From: the human T2T-CHM13v2.0 reference genome, Homo sapiens
Length of the DNA: 64,000 nucleotides
Direction: 5' to 3' (one strand)
Assembly (NCBI RefSeq): GCF_009914755.1
Contig: NC_060933.1
In this document: positions 1-63,514 of the stretch, piece after piece
How positions within the stretch are numbered: position 1 is the stretch's first letter
Layout of the letters: each line of letters begins with the position of its first letter
The notes under the pieces: model-generated
Seen by the model: the letters and a program-made list of their open reading frames with translations, nothing else
The model's database searches: none
What the model was told of the DNA's origin: nothing
Program-made: the position numbers and the translations under genes

Positions 1-290
<290 letters not shown>

Positions 291-414
291 CAAAACTCTT
301 CCTTCTTCAGCCCTGGGAAGGGCCAAATCTGGCTGTGCAGGGTCAGGGCAGCATTGTGCTGTCTGTCTGCTGCTCTGGCCCTCACCTGGCTCTGGTCACC
401 CCCTTTCGTGGCAG

Positions 415-4849
<4,435 letters not shown>

Positions 4850-4944
4850 AGGGACCATCCAGACCCTCCCTTCTTGCTGGGGAGGGGATGAGTTCTACCC
4901 ACCTCCCCACACTGGCACTCAGCCAGCTGCCTCCTTCCAGAGCA

Positions 4945-5018
4945 ATTAAAAGTCTTAGCAACAGTCCTCTGGTCCCACAGCTGAGTTTATTATACTTGTT
5001 TTCTTTTACAAAATTAAA
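4945..5018 (+). terminator. Candidate TTC16 poly(A) signals (ATTAAA at 4945-4950 and 5013-5018)
   Basis: Variant hexamers about 100-170 nt downstream of the stop codon. Confidence 0.6.
4986..4991 (-). terminator. TOR2A poly(A) signal (AATAAA on the minus strand)
   Basis: TTTATT on the + strand, about 490 nt beyond the TOR2A stop codon. Confidence 0.75.
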
Positions 5019-5477
5019 AACATCTAAAACCAGGCCCAAGTGGCAGCTTGAGTCCCTCCATTTCTGGAAACTGAGAAGGCTCCACCTGGCTTGATATGGA
5101 CACAGGGTGTGGGGTGGAGGGGAGGAGGTATGGTGCCCGACCAAGGAGGCAAGGGGCAAGGGTGGCAGACTGAGGAGGGAGCACCGCCACGAGCCACAGT
5201 CCCTGAGTTATAATTCACAGTAAGAAGGCTCAGGCTGCAGGGGGAGGTCAAGGCTCAGTGAGGTTCTGGGGTGACCAGGGGTTTCCCTGGGGAAGGTGGC
5301 CGGGGCCAAGATGCTCTCGAGCCAGTTTAGAGGCCAGGGCCCTTCCTGGCCATCTGTCCCGTGGCCTAGCCGACACTCCGTTCATCTCACTTGGTGCTCT
5401 GGGTTCCTGTGACAGAGGCCCCTGGCCTTTCCTGCATGGCCTGGCCATCAGGGGGGCCGAGGACACCACTCAGAGAG

Positions 5478-8960
<3,483 letters not shown>

Positions 8961-9702
8961 CGTAGTGGCTCAGAAAGAATAAATAAAGGATCACGACCAC
9001 AAAGGGCGACGTAACAATTACAGCAAAAACTTGTGCGGAACCTTACACCTTGCAAAGCGCCTTTTCCATGCTCCTTTTTTCTTCTATATGACAAAAGTGC
9101 CCTCACTAACAGCTTTTGGTGAGCACTTACTCTGTGCCATTAGTGCTAAGTGCCTATATACCTTATAATATGGTAATAGTATCTGCTATCCAGAGAAATG
9201 GTGGTGTTCCAATGAGATAAAGGCACACAAATTGTCTGGCTCAGAAAGTGGTCAATACATGATCATCAACATTCCGTTGTGTATTAAACAGGACTGTCCC
9301 TCACCTAGCAGCAACTGTGGCCAAATGCTTGGTATCAGTCCTGGGAGATGGGTTCTGTTGTTGTCCCCATCTTAATAAGGAGGAATTTGGGACCGAAGAG
9401 GTTAAGCCTCTTACCCAATGTCACGCAGCTGGTAAACAATAGAACTAAACCCAAGTCTGGCTGCAACCAGAGCCGTAGTGCGTGGTTGCATGTTATCAGC
9501 CTCTCTTGGTCAAAGGATTCAGAAGGCAAAGGACTCCAGACGTTTGAGGTTCAGCGCGCAGGCTCCCTAGGCCTCCAGCTTGGCCTGGATTCGTTTTGAT
9601 CCACGTTGCCCACCTCCCCCACCCACTGGAGTAAGGGAACCAAGACAACAGCCTTCATGGCCCACCTCAAAGACCCTGTCCCTACCAACCTCAACACATA
9701 GT

Positions 9703-9731
<29 letters not shown>
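9703..9731. repeat. (CA)n microsatellite
   Basis: About 14 CA units. Confidence 0.9.
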
Positions 9732-9733
<2 letters not shown>

Positions 9734-9779
9734 CTTCTGGGGCCAAATATCAGAGCCTGAAAAAGAAATAAGTATTTCC

Positions 9780-10839
<1,060 letters not shown>

Positions 10840-10959
10840 CTATTTATCTCTCCCGCTGGTCTGTGAGCTCCCAGAAAGCAAGGATTGGGTTTTCATATTT
10901 GCTGTAACCCTGGCTCCTGGCACAATCTGGACTGTCCCAGGTGCTAAAGAAGTATTTGT

Positions 10960-11687
<728 letters not shown>

Positions 11688-11778
11688 TTTGTTGAATGAA
11701 GTTTTCTACCTTTCGCCTGAGAAAAGGTGCTTCCTTCTACCCCAGGAGCCCGAGAGACAGAATAAAGAGTCATAAAAG

Positions 11779-11784
11779 TTTATT
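11779..11784 (-). terminator. SH2D3C poly(A) signal (AATAAA on the minus strand)
   Basis: TTTATT about 410 nt beyond the stop codon at 12192. Confidence 0.75.
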
Positions 11785-12191
11785 ATATGAAAGAAATAAC
11801 ATGGCTTCTGTACATCTATTTACAGAACAGAGACTTATTTACAGTGAGATGGAGGCCTTGGTGTTGGTGAGGGACAGACAGAGAGTGAGGAGGCGTGAGC
11901 AGCCTGCCTCCCATGGCTCGAAAACAGGGAACCCCAGCAGGAAGGGGAGCAGCAAAAGCTGGTGGGGGAACCGGCGTTCCTGTTCTTCCTCAATGGAGAC
12001 CTGGTGAGCATGTAGCAGGTGGGATGGAACCCAGAGTCCACGCAGGACCCTGGAGGTGCAAGGGAGATGCTTGAGTTGAACCCAGAACATTCTCGGGTTG
12101 ATCACAGTGTCCTTGGGGTGCTCTGGGGAAAGTTGTGTGCCCCTCTGCCCCTGACGCTGTCCGCAGCTGCAGAGGGGAAATGTCCCTGGGG

Positions 12192-52081
<39,890 letters not shown>

Positions 52082-52300
52082 CTTGGCAAATTGTGTGAAG
52101 CCCTTGGCCAGCTTGCGAGTGGCCACTCAAGGCTCGGGACATCAAAGTTGAGGTGCCTCTCCCACCTCCCCTTCCCCTTTCTCTTACTCGCTTCCTCTGT
52201 GTATTTTTAAACCAGTGAAACTCCCACAGCTCCACCCTCCCCACCCTCTCCGCAGGGGGCGGGGGCTGGGGCCTCTCCTAGCCCCAGCCCCTGTGGGCCG
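52082..52300 (-). promoter_or_regulatory. 5' UTR and non-CpG promoter of the long SH2D3C isoform
   Basis: Upstream of ATG 52081; ETS/PU.1-like AGAGGAAG (cttcctct at ~52191-52198) beside an A/T box at 52201-52210. Confidence 0.5.
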
Positions 52301-54605
52301 CCTCCTTGGCCTCAGCAGCAGGGGCAGGGGCCAGACCGCAAGCCCCTGGGACCTGGAAGGTCTAAGGAGCAGGCCGCAGGCTCTGGGAACGGAGCCCAGT
52401 GGGCTGGGGGCCGCTGGGGACCTGCCAACAGCTGTCAGGGGGCCTGGCCATCAGGCTGGGAAGGTGAGGGGAGTCAGGCCTGTGTGCAGGGCAGTTGCTT
52501 CTCAGCCTCTGTACCCAGGAGAGGGACTGGCAGCTGCAGATGGGAGAGTGCTGTGGTCAGGCCTGTGGACTCTGGGCCCCCCAGACCCAAGTTCCACTCT
52601 TGGCTGGCCATTTCGCCACGGTGTGACGTCCTCCCTGTGAACCGGGGGTACTCGCAGTGCCCACTTCATCGGGTTCAGCCATGGGTGTAGGGCCTGGCAC
52701 AGAATCGGTGCCTACCAAAGCACAGTCACCACTTTCCAAGCTATCAGGGAGATGTCATCATGTGTTCCACTGTACTCACTGGACAGAGATGATGAAACCG
52801 AGGCACAGAGAGGCAGAGGGATTTCCCCAGGTAACACAGCTGGTTGCTGGCCCAGACTGGGCCACAACTCTCCCTTCTAGGCCCCTTAACCCACGGGCTG
52901 GTGCCTTTCCACCCTACAAACTTGCCATGTGTGCATGCTCAGGTGGGCAGACCGAGATGAGGAAATGCAACCTCCCCTCCACGGGTCATCCTGGACATCT
53001 GCAAAGGGTGTCAGCAGCTGCTGGGGCTGGGGGCGGGGCCCAAGACCCAGGGCTGCCAATCCCAGCTACTTCCACCTCCCAAGCCTCAGTCACCTGATTT
53101 CTAGAATGGGGAGAAGTGGGAGGTATGCAGCCAACCTGCCAACCAGTGGGGGTTCAACATTTTATCCTGGACCCCAGGCTGGCAACCCAGGCTGTGAGAG
53201 GAGTCCACTGCCATCTGATAGGGCACTTCCTGCATCCTCCATTAACAGTAACAGCCCCAGGGTGGGCGCGGTGGCTCACACCTGTAATCCCAGCATCTTG
53301 GGAGGCCGAGGTGGGTGGATCACCTGAGGTCAGGGGTTTGAGCACAGCCTGGCCAACATAGTGAAACCTCGTCTCTACTAAAAATACATTTTAAAAAATT
53401 AGCCGGGTGTGGTGGTGTGCAACTGCATTCCCAGCTACTCGGGAGGCTGAGGCAGGAGAATTGAACCAGGGAGGCGGAGGTTGCAGTGAGCCGAGATCGC
53501 GCCACTGCACTCCAGCCTGGCGAAAGAGGGAGACCCTATCTCAAAAAAAAAAAAAAAAAAGCAGAGGCAGACACTGGACAGACTGACAACCAAGTGTCCT
53601 AACTCCCTGGCTGGTGTCCCCTAGCGGAAGATAGAAAGTAGGTCCGCGGCTTCTGTCCCAGGATGGGGTTGCAGTGTGACTTGGGTTAGCTGCCAAGGCT
53701 ATGCTGCTTCCTGGCCAGGCCTGCTCCCGACTTGCTGTGTGATCTCGCACAAGACACTTTGCCTCTCTGGGCCACAGTTTCCTCATCTGTTAAATAGAGC
53801 CACAGCAGCTCCCCCTCCATGGGGTTGTTGGGAGGGTGAGAGAAGCAAACACTGGTCCAAGCCAGCACACCGTGGGCCTCCGCGAGCCCTGGCTGTGGTT
53901 GCTGAGAGATGGACACAGATAAGGGGCAGATTGGCACAGGACAGGGAATCCTGACAGGGACAGGCAGGCACAAGGCACAAGACCTGGGAATCTCAGCCAC
54001 AGAGATGCTGTGTTGCTGCGGCAGAGGCGCCTCGTCAGTGCTGGGGCCTGTCTGCTCTTGGCCCGGGCGCCAGGGCAGTTTCTGGCACCCCTAGGAGAAT
54101 GAATAGGGCTCAGTGTGGTGGCTCCGCTGAGCTCAGAGCCCCCTTTGTGCTGCCTGGAGTGGCCGTTAGGAGTGCGACCGAGGACCTGCCGGTGGGTGGC
54201 TGTCCTGCAGGAGCTCTTCAGCTTGCACTGGAGGGCAGGTCAGCCCAGCCCATGGTCCCCTGTCCTGAACACCCCCGAGTGCTTTCCTGCCTCCAGGCCT
54301 TCGCTCAGGCTGGCCTCACACCACTGGGAATGCAGCTCTGCCCTCCCCGCCTCAGGCTTTTACCTCCTTTGGATCCCTACAGGTTGGCTTGAGGCTACAG
54401 TGCCCCAGAATCCCTGAACTTTTTTCTTTTTCTTTTCTTTTTTTTTTTTTTTGAGACAGAGTCTTAAAAAAACTTACGACAGAGACTTAAAAAAAAAAAA
54501 CAAAACTTGTCACCCAGGGTAGAGTTCAGTGGCGCAATCTTAGTACTGCAACCTCCGCCTCCTGAGTTTAAGCAATTCTCCTGCCTCAGCCTCCTGACTA
54601 GCTGA

Positions 54606-54905
<300 letters not shown>

Positions 54906-55867
54906 TAAACTTCATCGTCAAAGGCATCAGGCCCACGCAATCCTGGGTTCAATCCCCACCTCCATGACCTTGGGCAAGTCATGTCACCTCTCTGAGCCTC
55001 TTTTTTTTTTCCCCATCAGTAAAATAGGATAAATATAACATCCCTTACATGATCTCATGGCAGCAAAATAAAATATTTATACCAAGAGTATCATTTTGAT
55101 TTAATCCCCTTGTGTCTTTATTTGCATGTTCCGAACAGACCTGAAGCCTTCTGAGAGAGGCCGGGGCCTTACCCATCCACACTAGCCCCCTTCCATATGA
55201 GGACTGGATCATGGGTGCTCAACAGATGCTTCTCCCTCAGTTGACCTGACATTGGGGACAGTGTGGGATGATGGCAAATGACCCTGGGCTTTGAGAGTAA
55301 AGAAACCTGGCTTTAAATCCCAGCTTCATAGCTTCCTGGCTGTGTAGCCTGGGGCAGGCCACACCAATCTGGGCCTCAATTTCCCCTTTCGTAACTTGGG
55401 TCTAATAATAACAACCTCCTAATAGGGCTGCTGGAGAGTTTCAGGGAGACAATGCAAGTCAACCCCAGGCCAGGCACTGAGTCAGTTCCTGGCTAGTGTG
55501 GGCAGAACTTCTGTGATTAATTGATTGATTGGAGACAGAGTTTCGCTCTTGTTGCCCAGGCTGGGTGCAGTCTCCAGATCTCAGCTCACCGCAACCTGCT
55601 CAGACTCTGCAATCACTCCCGGACTCAAGTGAGTCTTCTGCCTCAGGCCTCCTGAGTAGCTGGGATTACAGGCGCCACCACGTCTGGTTAATTTTCTGTA
55701 TTTTTATTAGAGACGGGGTTTCATCATGTTGGCCAGGTTGGTCTCGAACTCCTGACCTCAGGTGATCCACCTGCCTCAGCCTCCCAAAGTGCAGGGATTA
55801 CAGGCATGAGTCACCGCACCCGGCCAATTATTATTATTATTATTATTACTATTATTATTATTATTGA

Positions 55868-56212
<345 letters not shown>

Positions 56213-57428
56213 TGACCCACTGTCTCTTCAGATGCACCAAAAGCCAAGAGCAGCCCATTCCATGAACCCATCTTCTCCTTCCCTCCTATGCTTCCCGTCT
56301 GTCTCTGCTCAGAGGAAAACAGGGGGTCCAGGCTGGGGTCAGACAGCTGTCCAGCGCCTCCCTTTCCTGTGCTGCCCTCACCTTCTCTGTTAAATGGCAG
56401 CAGGACCAGCGGCTCTCTTGGGGCAGACATCTACCAAGGACTGGCCACATGCCCAGCCTTGCCAGCTTAGCCGACCCCTGGGAAGCAGGAAACGTTTCCA
56501 GTCAATGAGAAATCACTCATTTCTTCTTATTTCTGCCTGGGTTTTGCCAGCTTGGTGATCTGGGGCCCCGGACCTGGGCAGCCTGGGTAGCTTTCTGACA
56601 GGCTTCCGGCCTTTCCTGCCTCTCTTGCCTGCCTGCATCCCACAGTGGGGACTGAGGCCCTGAGGCCCCAAGGGGAAGTGGCGGGCGGATGCTGGGGTTC
56701 AGACGAGGGATGGCGGGGTGTAGGTGACAACTCCACCGGAACTTCTGCTAGGGCCTTTGCCCACAGGATGTGACTTAGGGAGGGCTCATGGGAAACGGCA
56801 GGCCCTGGCTTGAGATGTAGTCGGATAATGGAGGCCACACAAGCCCACCGCAGATCCCCGCCCACCGCACTACTGCTCAGACCCCAGCAATGCCGTGGCT
56901 CCACCCCTAGGCCAGATGGGCAGGGCCCCGAGATGGGGAAGTGCTGGGGTTTGTGCCAGACTGACCTGGTTCAAATACCAGTATGGTCACTGACCAGCTG
57001 TTTGACCCAGGCCAAGTGATGTCACCTCGGGATCCTGATGTGTACAATGGAGGTGACAACAGTACCCATGTGGTTGAGTGGCAACCGAGATAATTCCCAT
57101 AAAGTGCCAAGTGTAGGGCTTGGACCATTTATTTTCCGTCAATAAGTTGTCATTACTAAAATTTTTATGGTCTCACTCCTTATCCTCCCCACCTCCAATT
57201 TAGGGAACAGCCTCCTGCTTCTAATAGTGTAAGCCATGAAGCCGACCCTACGTCACTAACTGCCTAAACCCCTCTCTTGCTTCACGTTACTCTCAGGAGA
57301 GGGCTCCTTCCTCCTCAGCCTGACCTTCCAGCCCCTCCCTGGTAGTGCCCTTCCCCAGAACAAGACCTCTTGTGACATCAAGGTCACCAAAGCCATTCCT
57401 GCCTCCTCCTAGGAGGCTTTGAGGCTAA

Positions 57429-57803
<375 letters not shown>

Positions 57804-58579
57804 TCAGGGGAGCACCGCCCTGAACGCAGAAAGGCTTGGGGAGACAGTAGAGAGATTTGCATGGCCACAGCTTGAGGGGTGGGGTGTGAACTGGAAAGAG
57901 CCTCCAATGTCACATTCAGGTTCTTCGGGGACAGAGAGGCCAGACTGGGGGGCTAGGTCTCAGGATCCACCCGCAGAGGGCTGGAGAGGAGGGGGCAGAT
58001 TGAAGCGGGGCAGAGGAGGCAGAAAAGACGGCTTTGCTGGAGGCTGTCCTTGGGCAGAGCTGGAGGGGGAATCTGGGGGCCGCTGGAGCCAGGAAGATGC
58101 GAGGGAAGGGATGGGCGCGATGGGGGAGGGAGATGGGGGGGGTGAACGGTGAGCTCGCGCCTGCATAAGGACAGCAGGCCTCCCCACTGCTATCCTCCTG
58201 GCCCAACAGCGAATAGCGTGAGTCAAGAGAATCCCCTCACTCAGACACCCAGGTTCGGGTCCCAACTTTGTCGCCGTGTGACCTTGGGCAAATGACCTCA
58301 CCTCTGAGCCTCAACGTCTTCTTCTGCAAAATGGGTTAGTGATCCTGACTATGGGGCTGTTGATTCAGGATTCGGCGGGAACGCCCAGCACTTCCTGAGT
58401 ACACAAGAGTGCTGAGAAAATGGTAGCTGTTTTTTGCGATTACTGACTCGGGGCCCGACCAGCTCTGGCACGACTCAGCGGAGGTGGGAGTCCTGCGGGT
58501 CCCATCCCTGCCTCCCGGAGAGCCAGACCCCAGCGATAGAAGGCCCGGGCGTTGCTTGCTCGTCGCCGCTAGTGCCGCC

Positions 58580-58595
58580 GCGCCCCCTGGCGGCC
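58580..58595 (-). promoter_or_regulatory. CTCF consensus site
   Basis: Reverse complement reads GGCCGCCAGGGGGCGC, matching the CTCF core. Confidence 0.7.
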
Positions 58596-59248
58596 GTCGG
58601 TTGCCATGTCAACGGAGGGTGGCGGGGACCGGGGGAGGCGGAGGCGGGGGCCGTTCTCTCCTCCCAGGGCCGGAGGACGCTCCCTCCGCGCCTCCCGCCT
58701 TCGCCTCTGTGGGGGCACTCCGAGCCGGGGAGGAAGGGGCTTTCCGCTGCAGCCGACATGTGGGGGTAAACTGAGGCACGCGGCAGGGCGCCCGCAGCCA
58801 GGTGCCGAGCGCGGGGCCCCACCTCCGAAGGCGGAGGAGGGGCCGCGGGCGGTGACGCGCCGAGGGCGGCCGGCGGACAGCGAGCGGGCGGGCGGTGGCG
58901 GCGGCGGCAGGTGCGGCCGCGGAGGGTGGGAGGGAGGAGGGCGGGGGCGGGCGGAGGAGGAGGGGAGGGCGAGGCCGGGCACCTCCCCCTTTATAACGCG
59001 CCCCCTCCTGGGCTCTCGGGCCGTCTCCTAGTCGGCTCTTCCCGTCTCGCCCCCTCGCCCGGCCGCCCCGGGCCCGGGTCCGGCCAGGGAGCTCCCAGGC
59101 CGCGGCTCGGGGGCTGACCCCCCGCCCGCCGCCCCGCGCAGCCCGGCGGAGGCGGCGCCGTCGGAGGAGGAGGAGCAGGGCACTGCGGCTGGCCCCGGAT
59201 CGGGCGCCAGAGCGGCAGCAGCTTCGGCAGCAGCGGCGGCCCGGGCCC

Positions 59249-59599
59249 ATGCAGCGGGACGCGCCACCCCGAGCCCCAGCTCCGGCGCCCCGGCTCCCCG
59301 CGCCCCCGATCGGGGCCGCCGCTAGTAGTGGCGGCGGCGGAGGCGGGGGCAGCGGCGGCGGCGGCGGAGGCGCCTCTGCAGCTCCGGCTCCCCCTGGCCT
59401 CTCGGGAACTACAAGTCCCAGGGGGCCTGGCGGTGGGCGGCGGGCGGAAGAGGCGGGGTCGGCGCCGCGAGGCCGGAAGTGGCCGTGGAGGCGGAAGTGG
59501 CGCGGCCGCGGAGGGGCCTGGAGTGCGGCGGCGGCGGGACCCGGAGCAGGAGCGGCGGCAGCAGCGACTGGGGGCGGCGGCGGCGCGTTGGAGGCGGCC
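59249..59599 (+). CDS. CDK9: 117-aa Gly/Ala/Pro-rich N-terminal extension of CDK9-55 (489 aa)
   Basis: In-frame ATG at 59249 (MQRDAPPRAPAP...) is open to ATG 59600 and lies downstream of the TATA box. Confidence 0.88.
59284..59374 (+). ncRNA. MIR3960: Annotated pre-miRNA mir-3960
   Basis: Contains GGCGGCGGCGGAGGCGGGGG (59330-59349), recalled as mature miR-3960; GGCGCC at both ends. Boundaries are from recall. Confidence 0.7.
59369..59458 (+). ncRNA. MIR2861: Annotated pre-miRNA mir-2861
   Basis: Contains GGGGCCTGGCGGTGGGCGG (59422-59440), recalled as mature miR-2861, clustered with mir-3960. Confidence 0.7.
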
Positions 59600-62500
59600 A
59601 TGGCAAAGCAGTACGACTCGGTGGAGTGCCCTTTTTGTGATGAAGTTTCCAAATACGAGAAGCTCGCCAAGATCGGCCAAGGCACCTTCGGGTAAGGCTG
59701 GGCCCCTCGGGGCCGGGAGCCCTGGGCCTGCACCCCTAGGGCCGACGTCGGGATGCCCGGGCCCCCCCCGAGTTGGTAGAGAAGTCGTCTGTCCCCGGGC
59801 TTGCCTGCTGGTCTCTAGGCCGCGCCGCACCCCGCCCCGGCCTGACGGAGCCGGCTGGTGGGGAGGAGCCTGAGGCCCGTGGTGGGGGCGGGGAGGGGCT
59901 GCAGAGAGGCGCCCGTGAGGGGAGCGGGATCTCTCCAAGGGACGCCCAAGTGAGGAGAAGGGACTGAGGGAAGGAAGCAGAGGCTCCGAACGAGACAGGC
60001 TGCCGGGTGGCGGGGTAGCCGCGTGCCCTGGGTACCTAGCCCAGCCCCGCCCGGGAATCTCTTTGCTGCTGCCCCTCCTCCTGTAGTGGGGGAGGGGCGG
60101 GCCCTGCGGAAATGGCCTGATGAGTTCTCGGGTCTCCCTTTCCGCCTGCAGGGAGGTGTTCAAGGCCAGGCACCGCAAGACCGGCCAGAAGGTGGCTCTG
60201 AAGAAGGTGCTGATGGAAAACGAGAAGGAGGGGGTGAGTACGGATCGGGCGTGCGGGCCGGCCGGCTAACTGCCCGGGACCCCGGGTCGGTTTTCCACCC
60301 TGCTGCTTCTGGGAGTCTCAGGTTGAGATTTAATTTTTTTGTAGTAGTTCAGAAATTTCCAGGGAATGTGGCTTCCACCCTAAAACTAAATGTTTCATTC
60401 TTAGGCAGTTATGGGTGAGGCCAGGAGGGGGAGTTGATGCATGCATCGTGTGCACTTTATTTCACGAAGTTAGGAAGCCTTTAAACACCTTTTTTTAGTG
60501 TTAAATTTCGCTTAATGTAAAAGAAAGATTATATATGCATGCTTTTTGAAAGGTGTCTGATACTCAATTATTTAATGTATTTAAAAGGAGCGGTCCCTTC
60601 TCCACCCCATCTTAGCTCTAGTACAACTTCCCATAAACCTTCTTTTGCGTAATGTGCATTAGCAAGGACATTTTTAAATCATCATGTTTGTTGCCAACGA
60701 AACAGCCATAGAGCTGAAATTTGAAGACTGAAACCGCCGAGCGTTTAGTGGCTAATAGCAAAGTATTGCTGTTTCAGTTTGTTGTCTCAAACCATCATCT
60801 TGAAGTGTGCATGCTACTAATATCCATTTTATAGACAAGGCTTCTGAGACAGCTGGTTTCAGAGCCCATGATCTTGCTCTGTCTCCCAACTTGGCTGTCA
60901 GTACAGACCCCAGGGCTGGGCTCTGTACTGCGCTCACTCTTGACCACTTTCCCCTCTTTCTCACCCAGTTCCCCATTACAGCCTTGCGGGAGATCAAGAT
61001 CCTTCAGCTTCTAAAACACGAGAATGTGGTCAACTTGATTGAGATTTGTCGAACCAAAGGTAAGTTATTTGGTTCTTACGAGAAGATGACACTTGTAGCC
61101 TAAGGTTTTGTTTGTAAACTTGGAACTAGGCACACCTAAACTGCCTCTTCTTAACTCAGATGGACCCATGGTGACTGCTTTTTCTGGTCCTCTTTCATCG
61201 TAGCTGGTGCTTCCTCGGGGCCTGCCCTGGCCCAGAAGAGGCACTCAGAAAATATTTGACCGGTGAAGGAAGGAACAGACAGATGCTCTGGAGGGCATGG
61301 GTGCCCGTGGGTTGGAGCAGGAAGAAAGAAGCTGGTTGTGGGAAAGTGTGTTGGGTGTGGTTTTCTTGACTTTTTCTTCTTTCTATTCCTGCCTCAGCTT
61401 CCCCCTATAACCGCTGCAAGGGTAGTATATACCTGGTGTTCGACTTCTGCGAGCATGACCTTGCTGGGCTGTTGAGCAATGTTTTGGTCAAGTTCACGCT
61501 GTCTGAGATCAAGAGGGTGATGCAGATGCTGCTTAACGGCCTCTACTACATCCACAGAAACAAGGTGGGGGCCAGAGCTGGGAGGAGGACCCAGGCTTGG
61601 GCTGGTCTTGGCTCCCACTCCCGGGTGGATGTCACTAAAGGACCCACTCTTGCCCTTCCTGCAGATCCTGCATAGGGACATGAAGGCTGCTAATGTGCTT
61701 ATCACTCGTGATGGGGTCCTGAAGCTGGCAGACTTTGGGCTGGCCCGGGCCTTCAGCCTGGCCAAGAACAGCCAGCCCAACCGCTACACCAACCGTGTGG
61801 TGACACTCTGGTACCGGCCCCCGGAGCTGTTGCTCGGTGAGGACTCCCGAGCGGGCCAAGGGGGGTGAGGGCCAGGCATCTACCTGGCCCCTTCCCCCCA
61901 ACTGCCAGGGCTTCTTGAGCTGCCGGCCCTGGGGCATTGAGCCTCAGGAGGCCCTCGGGCTCAAGGGGCCCTCCTGGTGCGCTCTTCTTCCCAGGGGAGC
62001 GGGACTACGGCCCCCCCATTGACCTGTGGGGTGCTGGGTGCATCATGGCAGAGATGTGGACCCGCAGCCCCATCATGCAGGGCAACACGGAGCAGCACCA
62101 ACTCGCCCTCATCAGTCAGCTCTGCGGCTCCATCACCCCTGAGGTACGGGGCCCCGGTCCCCACGGGGTGCAGAGATCGAGGTCCCCCGGCAGAGGAGGA
62201 GTGGGGAGTAGAATGGAAGGAGCGCTCCTCTCTGGAAGGGAGGCTGGTTTGGTGACAGGGCCTGTCTTGGGGTGGGGAGTGTGTGGGAGAAAAAAACACC
62301 TGACACAGGCTGTGCGCCAGTCTCGGTTCCATCAGCTGTTCTGTGGCCTTGGGCAGAACATCTGAGTCAGCGCTGGGTTTCTCTTCTGTGAACCAGAAAT
62401 GTGACGTGTATCAGGGTTGGAGCCCATATTCCAGGTGATGTGGGTGGAAGGACCTGGCACGTGGTATGTGCCAATCCATAGCGGGCACTGCTTCTGGGAG

Positions 62501-62994
62501 GGGTCGAGTAGCAGTCTGGGAGCCTCCGAGTGGAGCAGGTATTTTAGTCCTTTTAGGCCTTTATGAAGGGATAAGCCACGCACCTCCTGACCGGACTCCA
62601 TATTCTCTCAACGCCCCCTCCCTCCCAGGTGTGGCCAAACGTGGACAACTATGAGCTGTACGAAAAGCTGGAGCTGGTCAAGGGCCAGAAGCGGAAGGTG
62701 AAGGACAGGCTGAAGGCCTATGTGCGTGACCCATACGCACTGGACCTCATCGACAAGCTGCTGGTGCTGGACCCTGCCCAGCGCATCGACAGCGATGACG
62801 CCCTCAACCACGACTTCTTCTGGTCCGACCCCATGCCCTCCGACCTCAAGGGCATGCTCTCCACCCACCTGACGTCCATGTTCGAGTACTTGGCACCACC
62901 GCGCCGGAAGGGCAGCCAGATCACCCAGCAGTCCACCAACCAGAGTCGCAATCCCGCCACCACCAACCAGACGGAGTTTGAGCGCGTCTTCTGA
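59600..62994 (+). CDS. CDK9: Cyclin-dependent kinase 9 (P-TEFb catalytic subunit), 42 kDa isoform, 372 aa
   Basis: Exons 59600-59691, 60152-60233, 60969-61059, 61398-61564, 61665-61836, 61995-62143 and 62629-62994 total 1119 nt. Motifs [29 protein letters not shown] and [14 protein letters not shown]. Confidence 0.98.
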
Positions 62995-63508
62995 GGGCCG
63001 GCGCTTGCCACTAGGGCTCTTGTGTTTTTTTTCTTCTGCTATGTGACTTGCATCGTGGAGACAGGGCATTTGAGTTTATATCTCTCATGCATATTTTATT
63101 TAATCCCCACCCTGGGCTCTGGGAGCAGCCCGCTGAGTGGACTGGAGTGGAGCATTGGCTGAGAGACCAGGAGGGCACTGGAGCTGTCTTGTCCTTGCTG
63201 GTTTTCTGGATGGTTCCCAGAGGGTTTCCATGGGGTAGGAGGATGGGCTCGCCCACCAGTGACTTTTTCTAAGAGCTCCCGGCGTGGTGGAAGAGGGGAC
63301 AGGTCCCTCACCCACCCACAATCCTATTCTCGGGCTGAGAACCCTGCGTGGGGACAGGGCTCGCCTCAGGAATGGGCTGTTTTTGGCCTAACCCTCAGAA
63401 ACACTGGGGCTGGCACAAACTCTTGGTTTCTTCAACAGGAGAATTTTACTGTGTTTCTTTTGGTTCCATTGTTTGGAGACATTCCTGGGCACAGTTTGGT
63501 CCGTTAGA

Positions 63509-63514
63509 ATTAAA
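63509..63514 (+). terminator. Candidate proximal CDK9 poly(A) signal (ATTAAA)
   Basis: ATTAAA followed by U-rich and GU-rich downstream tracts (63522-63572). Confidence 0.55.

Larger units (their letters stand above)
58480..60290 (+). promoter_or_regulatory. CDK9 CpG island with dual promoters (TATA-containing upstream for 55 kDa; TATA-less ETS/ZNF143 type for 42 kDa)
   Basis: TATAA at 58992-58996 preceded by GC boxes; ACTACAAGTCCCA at 59408-59420; tandem CGGAAGT ETS sites at ~59474 and ~59492. Confidence 0.8.

Noticed and set aside
58609-60178. 374-aa and 395-aa minus-strand ORFs over the CDK9 CpG island
   Set aside because: Stop-poor GC-rich sequence giving low-complexity P/A/R/G translations; no splice or domain evidence.
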